Assembly (NCBI RefSeq): GCF_964188315.1
Contig: NC_135667.1
Span: forward strand, 25,172,001 to 25,236,000
Reading direction: 5' to 3'
Length of the DNA stretch: 64,000 nt
Source: Podarcis muralis
Lineage: Eukaryota
A program made the position numbers and the translations under genes. The notes under the pieces are model-generated. The model saw only the letters and a program-made list of their open reading frames with translations, had not been told where the DNA came from and made no database searches. The first letter of the stretch is position 1, and each line of letters opens with the position of its first letter. Below, piece after piece: positions 59,277-64,000 of the stretch.

Positions 59277-60589
59277 TGCAACAACCATGTAAAGTATACA
59301 GTTTGGGGTTCCCCCTCCCTCCTTTATTTTCCCTTCTACACAGGTTCTGTTTCTTTTCTCTCTCTTTTATTTACGTCTCACTATGTTTAATGCACATATA
59401 ATTATGTACTTTTTGAACTTTCAATAAAGATGTTTTTTTAAAAAATGCTGATACAATAAAACCAACAAATATCAGGTAGGGTCCACTCACATCTACTGCC
59501 CTAGAGAAATGGTGACACTTGCATGACCTCCAAACAACTGTGTCACTGCTGCTTACCTGAAAGTAGAGCAGCCAGGAGAAGGCAGCATCAAGGCCACACA
59601 CACCCCTTTTCATATTGCAAAGTAGCACCTCTCTTGCAATTTTGGTGTGTACTCTTTTGGACAAGGGGGTGTTACAGGAAACTGCAGGTAGTAATCAATT
59701 TATTTATGTTAATTGAAATCAAGATTCCAGCCTTTGATTTTTTTTTATTTGATTTATTTTAAGAGGACTCAGCTAAAATAATAATCAAGTGCTGAACAAT
59801 GAAAACCACAATCCAATGCAAGTTTACTTAGAAGTAAGACACACTGGTTTTAATAGAATCTTCTCCATAGTAAGTGTGCCCAGGACTGCAGCCTTACCCT
59901 CCTCAACCAACCCCCTGCCCCCACAATGCAGGCCTCCCTTAACCAGCCTGCTGCTGTTCTCTTTCCCAGTTTCTGGCTCTTGGGGACATATTCTCTTTGG
60001 CAAACTCTGAGAATAAACCCAGGAAATAGCTCAAGTTAACTGTGTCTCTGTGCCATTGTCTTTAGGGAATGAAAAAGTTAACAAGTTCAGAACTGAAGGG
60101 GTTTGTGTTGTCTCAAATGCTTCAGGGAAAGGATTTTTGCAAGTTCCAATATGGATGTATATTTTAATCAACTGTACCCCTATAAAGAGCATTTTGATGC
60201 CTTTGAAGGCATCCATAACCATCCTATTTTCAGCTTCAGTTCTCTTTCTCTCACACCCACTGACTCAGACCTCTAACTTTTAAGAAAAAGAGATCCCTGG
60301 ACTATGTACAATCATTGCAATTTATACGATCATTGCCAATTATTCTGTACCATTTTGGAAAAGATTTGCCTCACCTGAAACCAATAGCAACTGGAATGGG
60401 TTTCATGTAACCAGCAAGTAAATGATTAATAATAGTTTTATGAGGTTAAAGCATTTGTTTCTTTTCCATAACTATGTACATGTGTAAAGCAATAGGTGTG
60501 GTATTACTTTGTGTGTCATGGAGTATGCTTAGCAATAATCATATTTCTTGTGCGTATCTTGTGCAGGGCTGAAGAGAAGACTTTTAAGT

Positions 60590-60793
60590 AATAATAATAA
60601 TAATTTCTATTATTTATACCCCTCCCATCTGGCTGTGTTTCTCCAGCTACTCTGGGCAACTTACAGCATTTATGAAACATAGTAAAACATCAAACATTAA
60701 AAACTTCCTGATACAGGACTGCCTTCAGATGTCTTCTAAAAGTTATGTAGTTCTTTATGTCCCTGACATCTGAAGGGAGGGTGTTCCACAGGG
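60590..60793 (-). mobile_element. L2 3' end, degenerate
   Basis: (AAT)n followed by tttataccctcccatctggctg...gccttcagatgtcttct, the reverse complement of the L2 terminus. Confidence 0.8.
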
Positions 60794-60871
60794 AGTAAAT
60801 ATATTAAATGTTGTAGGCTTTATACTTTACAGAAGCAATCCTCAACAATGTCCTTCAGATACTTTTTAACA

Positions 60872-61040
60872 TACCATATTTTTCTGTGTATAAGACTAGG
60901 TTTTCCCCCCTTAAAAATAATGTCCAAAATTAGGGGGCATCTTATACATGGATAGTGTCTTCCCCCATTTTCTTAAATCTGAGTCTCCCAAAATAGGGGG
61001 CGTCTTATACATGGGGGCAACTTATAGATGGAAAAATACA
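60872..61040. mobile_element. Short pogo/Tc2-type MITE
   Basis: ta|ccatatttttctgtgtataagac ... cttatagatggaaaaatacag|ta. Confidence 0.7.
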
Positions 61041-62768
61041 GTAATTTCCACCATCTCTGACCATGATAACTGGTGCATATAAGGAAGAGCCATAGCTCAG
61101 CATGCAGAATCTCCCTAAGAGTTACCTGTTGCATACAGTGAGAAAGATGTAGTGAAACAAAATTATATAATCTGCAAATGTGCTTGCACATTATCCCTCA
61201 TAATTTGATTTATATCTTGAAGTTCAATTTGTGGATTTAAAAGGTTATTGGAGGCATCTTTAGATACAATGAATATACATGTATTGCAAGGTAGTTTTAA
61301 AAACACAAAACTATTGCTTATAGCTTGTAAATCAACAAACGAGTGAGTTCTGAATCAACTCAAATGCAATAGAATATTTGCAGGCAATCTAAAAAGGTGA
61401 TGCTTTGTGAAATTACTAGGTCAGTGCATGCATCAAAGTGGTACTTCTTTTAGTCGATATAAGAGCCAAATATAATTGTGGATGCATTTTGTTGAAGCAA
61501 CAGTTTTTAATAGGGCAATCCCATGCCTGGGATTCATTTCTGAATATATTCCTATTGAGTTGAATGAGGATTACTGTTAGGCGAGAGTGTGTGGAATTGT
61601 ACTGTAAGAGGCAATGTAAAATATTGTATGCAATATGCATTCCTCATTTCAAATCTCTGTTGGGGTAAGAATTCAGAGGGTAGCTTTTGGCAAGCTGTTA
61701 TTTTTTTAAACTTCAGCCACTTGCCAGATCTTTTCTTTGGAATGGTTTGATAGCACTTGCCTGCCTTGCATAGTCATCTGCACAAGGGATGAGATTGCTT
61801 AGAAATGTACCAATGATTTAACCATTTAAAAAACATGTTTAAAATGTTAAATAATATATTTTTCCTTTAAACATTTGTAAATTAAGAAAATAAGATTGCA
61901 AACAGATGTGAATTTTTTTCCATGAAGGGGTGGATATGAAAATTCATAAATCAGTAAGTCAGTAAAAAATACCTATTCATTTAAGAGCAATTGCTTCTAA
62001 TAATTAACAACATAAAATTCTGATTCTATGCATTTAATGTAGAAAAAAGGAATCACAAATTAATTGTACTGCCATATATATATTTTTACATTTTGTTGCC
62101 ATTGCTATTGCCTCAGAAAAAGCTGTGTCAGAAGGATATGACACTGTGACACACTTATTATGTAAATCCTTCAAAATATGCACATGGTACTAGAGTCTTC
62201 ATTAGTATACACAAATTGATCAATCCTCTAAATTTCTGCACTGAACACTATAATGTTGAATGTTACCGGATCAGAAGTAAACTGTGGAAAGCTACCACAA
62301 AATATTTGAAGACTCCATATATTTTATCTCTCTGACTTGAGGGAGGTGAGGTAAAGAAAACGGTAGATGTTTGAATAAAGCAAGGGTGAAGGAATAATGA
62401 AAGGGGCAAAAGGAGCTGTTTTTAACAGTGACAAATGTTTGAGTAAAGTGGCAGTGGAGGGACCCAGAGAGGAAAGTGGCACAATTTTAAACAACAGCAG
62501 AGGTTTCATTAATTGTGAGATGAAGGAACACTGGGTGTGTGTTTTGTTTTTAAAAAACAGTTTTAACAAGGAGAAATAGCAGAGACACACGAGCTGACTC
62601 CAAATAGAGCAGAAAAAGAGAAAAATCGTATGTGCAGTGAACAATACAACATCATATTAAAGCTAGGTGGCATCAACATGTTTGAGTGATTGCTTAATGA
62701 TATGGCATTTCAATCAGGACACCAGTTATAGATACACTTATCATTGCAGGTGGAGTCTTTTGGGTGAT

Positions 62769-63698
62769 ATGTGGATTCAGAATGAGACCTCCGTGAAGGA
62801 ATTCATTCTTCTTGGCTTCACCAGTCATCCAACATTGCAACGTATCCTATTGACACTGTGCCTAGTCATATATCTCATCACTTTATTTGGCAACAGCCTC
62901 ATCATCTTCTTGATCTGGGTTGACTCCCGCCTTCATACAGGCATGTACTTTTTCATTGCTAACCTTTCTTTCTTAGACATATTCGGCACACAAATCATCT
63001 TCCCCCAGATGCTGTTCCATATGGCCTCCAGAACCAATAATATTTCTTTCAACAGATGCATGGCTCAGCTCATCCTGATGCTGTTCTGTGGGATGACTGA
63101 GTGCTTCATCCTGGCTCTCATGGCATATGATCGCTATGTGGCCATATGTCAACCACTGCGGTACCCAACCATCATGAGGATGCAAGTGTGTATCCAGATG
63201 GCAGGAGCCTGTTGGTTAGGAGGCTTCTTCAATGCTGCAGCACTGACAGTTATCACCATAAATTTTCCCTTCTGTGGACCCAACCAAATCAACCATTTCT
63301 TTTGTGAGGAGCCTGCTGTGTTGCAGCTGGCTTGCATGGACACCTACATAGTAAAAGTCCTCATCTTTGCCCTGAGTGTCATTGTGCTCATGTTGCCTTT
63401 CACTTTTATAGTGATCTCCTACATCCACATTGCCAGGGTGGTGTTCAGCATAAACTCAGCTAGGGGACGGCAACGAGCTTTCTCCACTTGTGCTACCCAC
63501 CTCACTGTTGTGACATTGTTCTACACCACCATCAGCTTCACTTACTTGCAGCCTCAGTCTGAACACGCTATGGAACAGGAGAAGAAAGCTTCCATTTTCT
63601 ATATTCTTTTCTCCCCGATGCTGAACCCTGTCATTTACAGCCTGAGGAACAAGGATGTTAAAGGGGCTTTGCTTAAAGTCATGGGGAAAGTCAACTGA
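62769..63698 (+). CDS. Olfactory receptor OR10 (MWIQNETS...), 309 aa, older paralogue of OR7/OR9
   Basis: Full OR motif set; upstream flank (~60000-62700) is clearly more diverged from the OR7/OR9 flanks than those are from each other. Confidence 0.96.
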   Translation: MWIQNETSVKEFILLGFTSHPTLQRILLTLCLVIYLITLFGNSLIIFLIWVDSRLHTGMYFFIANLSFLDIFGTQIIFPQMLFHMASRTNNISFNRCMAQLILMLFCGMTECFILALMAYDRYVAICQPLRYPTIMRMQVCIQMAGACWLGGFFNAAALTVITINFPFCGPNQINHFFCEEPAVLQLACMDTYIVKVLIFALSVIVLMLPFTFIVISYIHIARVVFSINSARGRQRAFSTCATHLTVVTLFYTTISFTYLQPQSEHAMEQEKKASIFYILFSPMLNPVIYSLRNKDVKGALLKVMGKVN

Positions 63699-64000
63699 AT
63701 CTCACCTTTGGAAGGGCTGTGTGTGTGTGCATTTGGTGTCTAAAGCCACTTCATTGACACCATTGAATCCATTGCTAATAAATGTCACAGAAGGACATTG
63801 CAGCAACTGTTGGGACCAAGTAGTGTTTGGTGTTGGAGTAACAAATAGATCTTTAAAGGTAGCATTTTTATGTGGTACCCAAATCTGTCTTTCCTGATAC
63901 TCTAACCATTATATACTGGCAGCCCTATATGATGACATTTTATATGTGTGATGTTTTACTGTGGCTTTGTAATTTGTTGGGGCAATTCAGGACTCAGCTA

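Overview
Vertebrate genomic DNA, most likely a lacertid lizard (inferred from Squam1/Sauria, Squam2/POM and Squam3 SINEs, BovB and squamate-type L2 elements). The window is an olfactory receptor (OR) gene cluster. It holds 10 single-exon class II-type OR CDSs, all on the + strand, one of them with its end lost in an N gap, plus two 16-codon OR stubs. The cluster grew by tandem duplication: units of about 4.6 kb (OR1-OR4) and an 18-kb head-to-tail duplication (A ~19693-38035, B ~38036-56570). The intergenic DNA is full of transposons, many present in only one paralogue, so the empty site is visible in the other: L1, L2, BovB, CR1, Penelope, pogo/Tigger, hAT and Tc1/pogo MITEs, and solo LTRs. 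Four assembly gaps fall at paralogous positions. The most unusual signals are (i) a family of ~500-bp solo LTRs whose U3 carries a start-less acidic, Trp-rich reading frame with strongly synonymous-biased divergence, (ii) two independent insertions of that family 19 bp apart in paralogous L2 copies, and (iii) three minimal hammerhead ribozyme motifs from two Penelope families. No CRISPR, rRNA or genuine tRNA genes were seen. Family names are assigned from recalled motifs, not from database searches.
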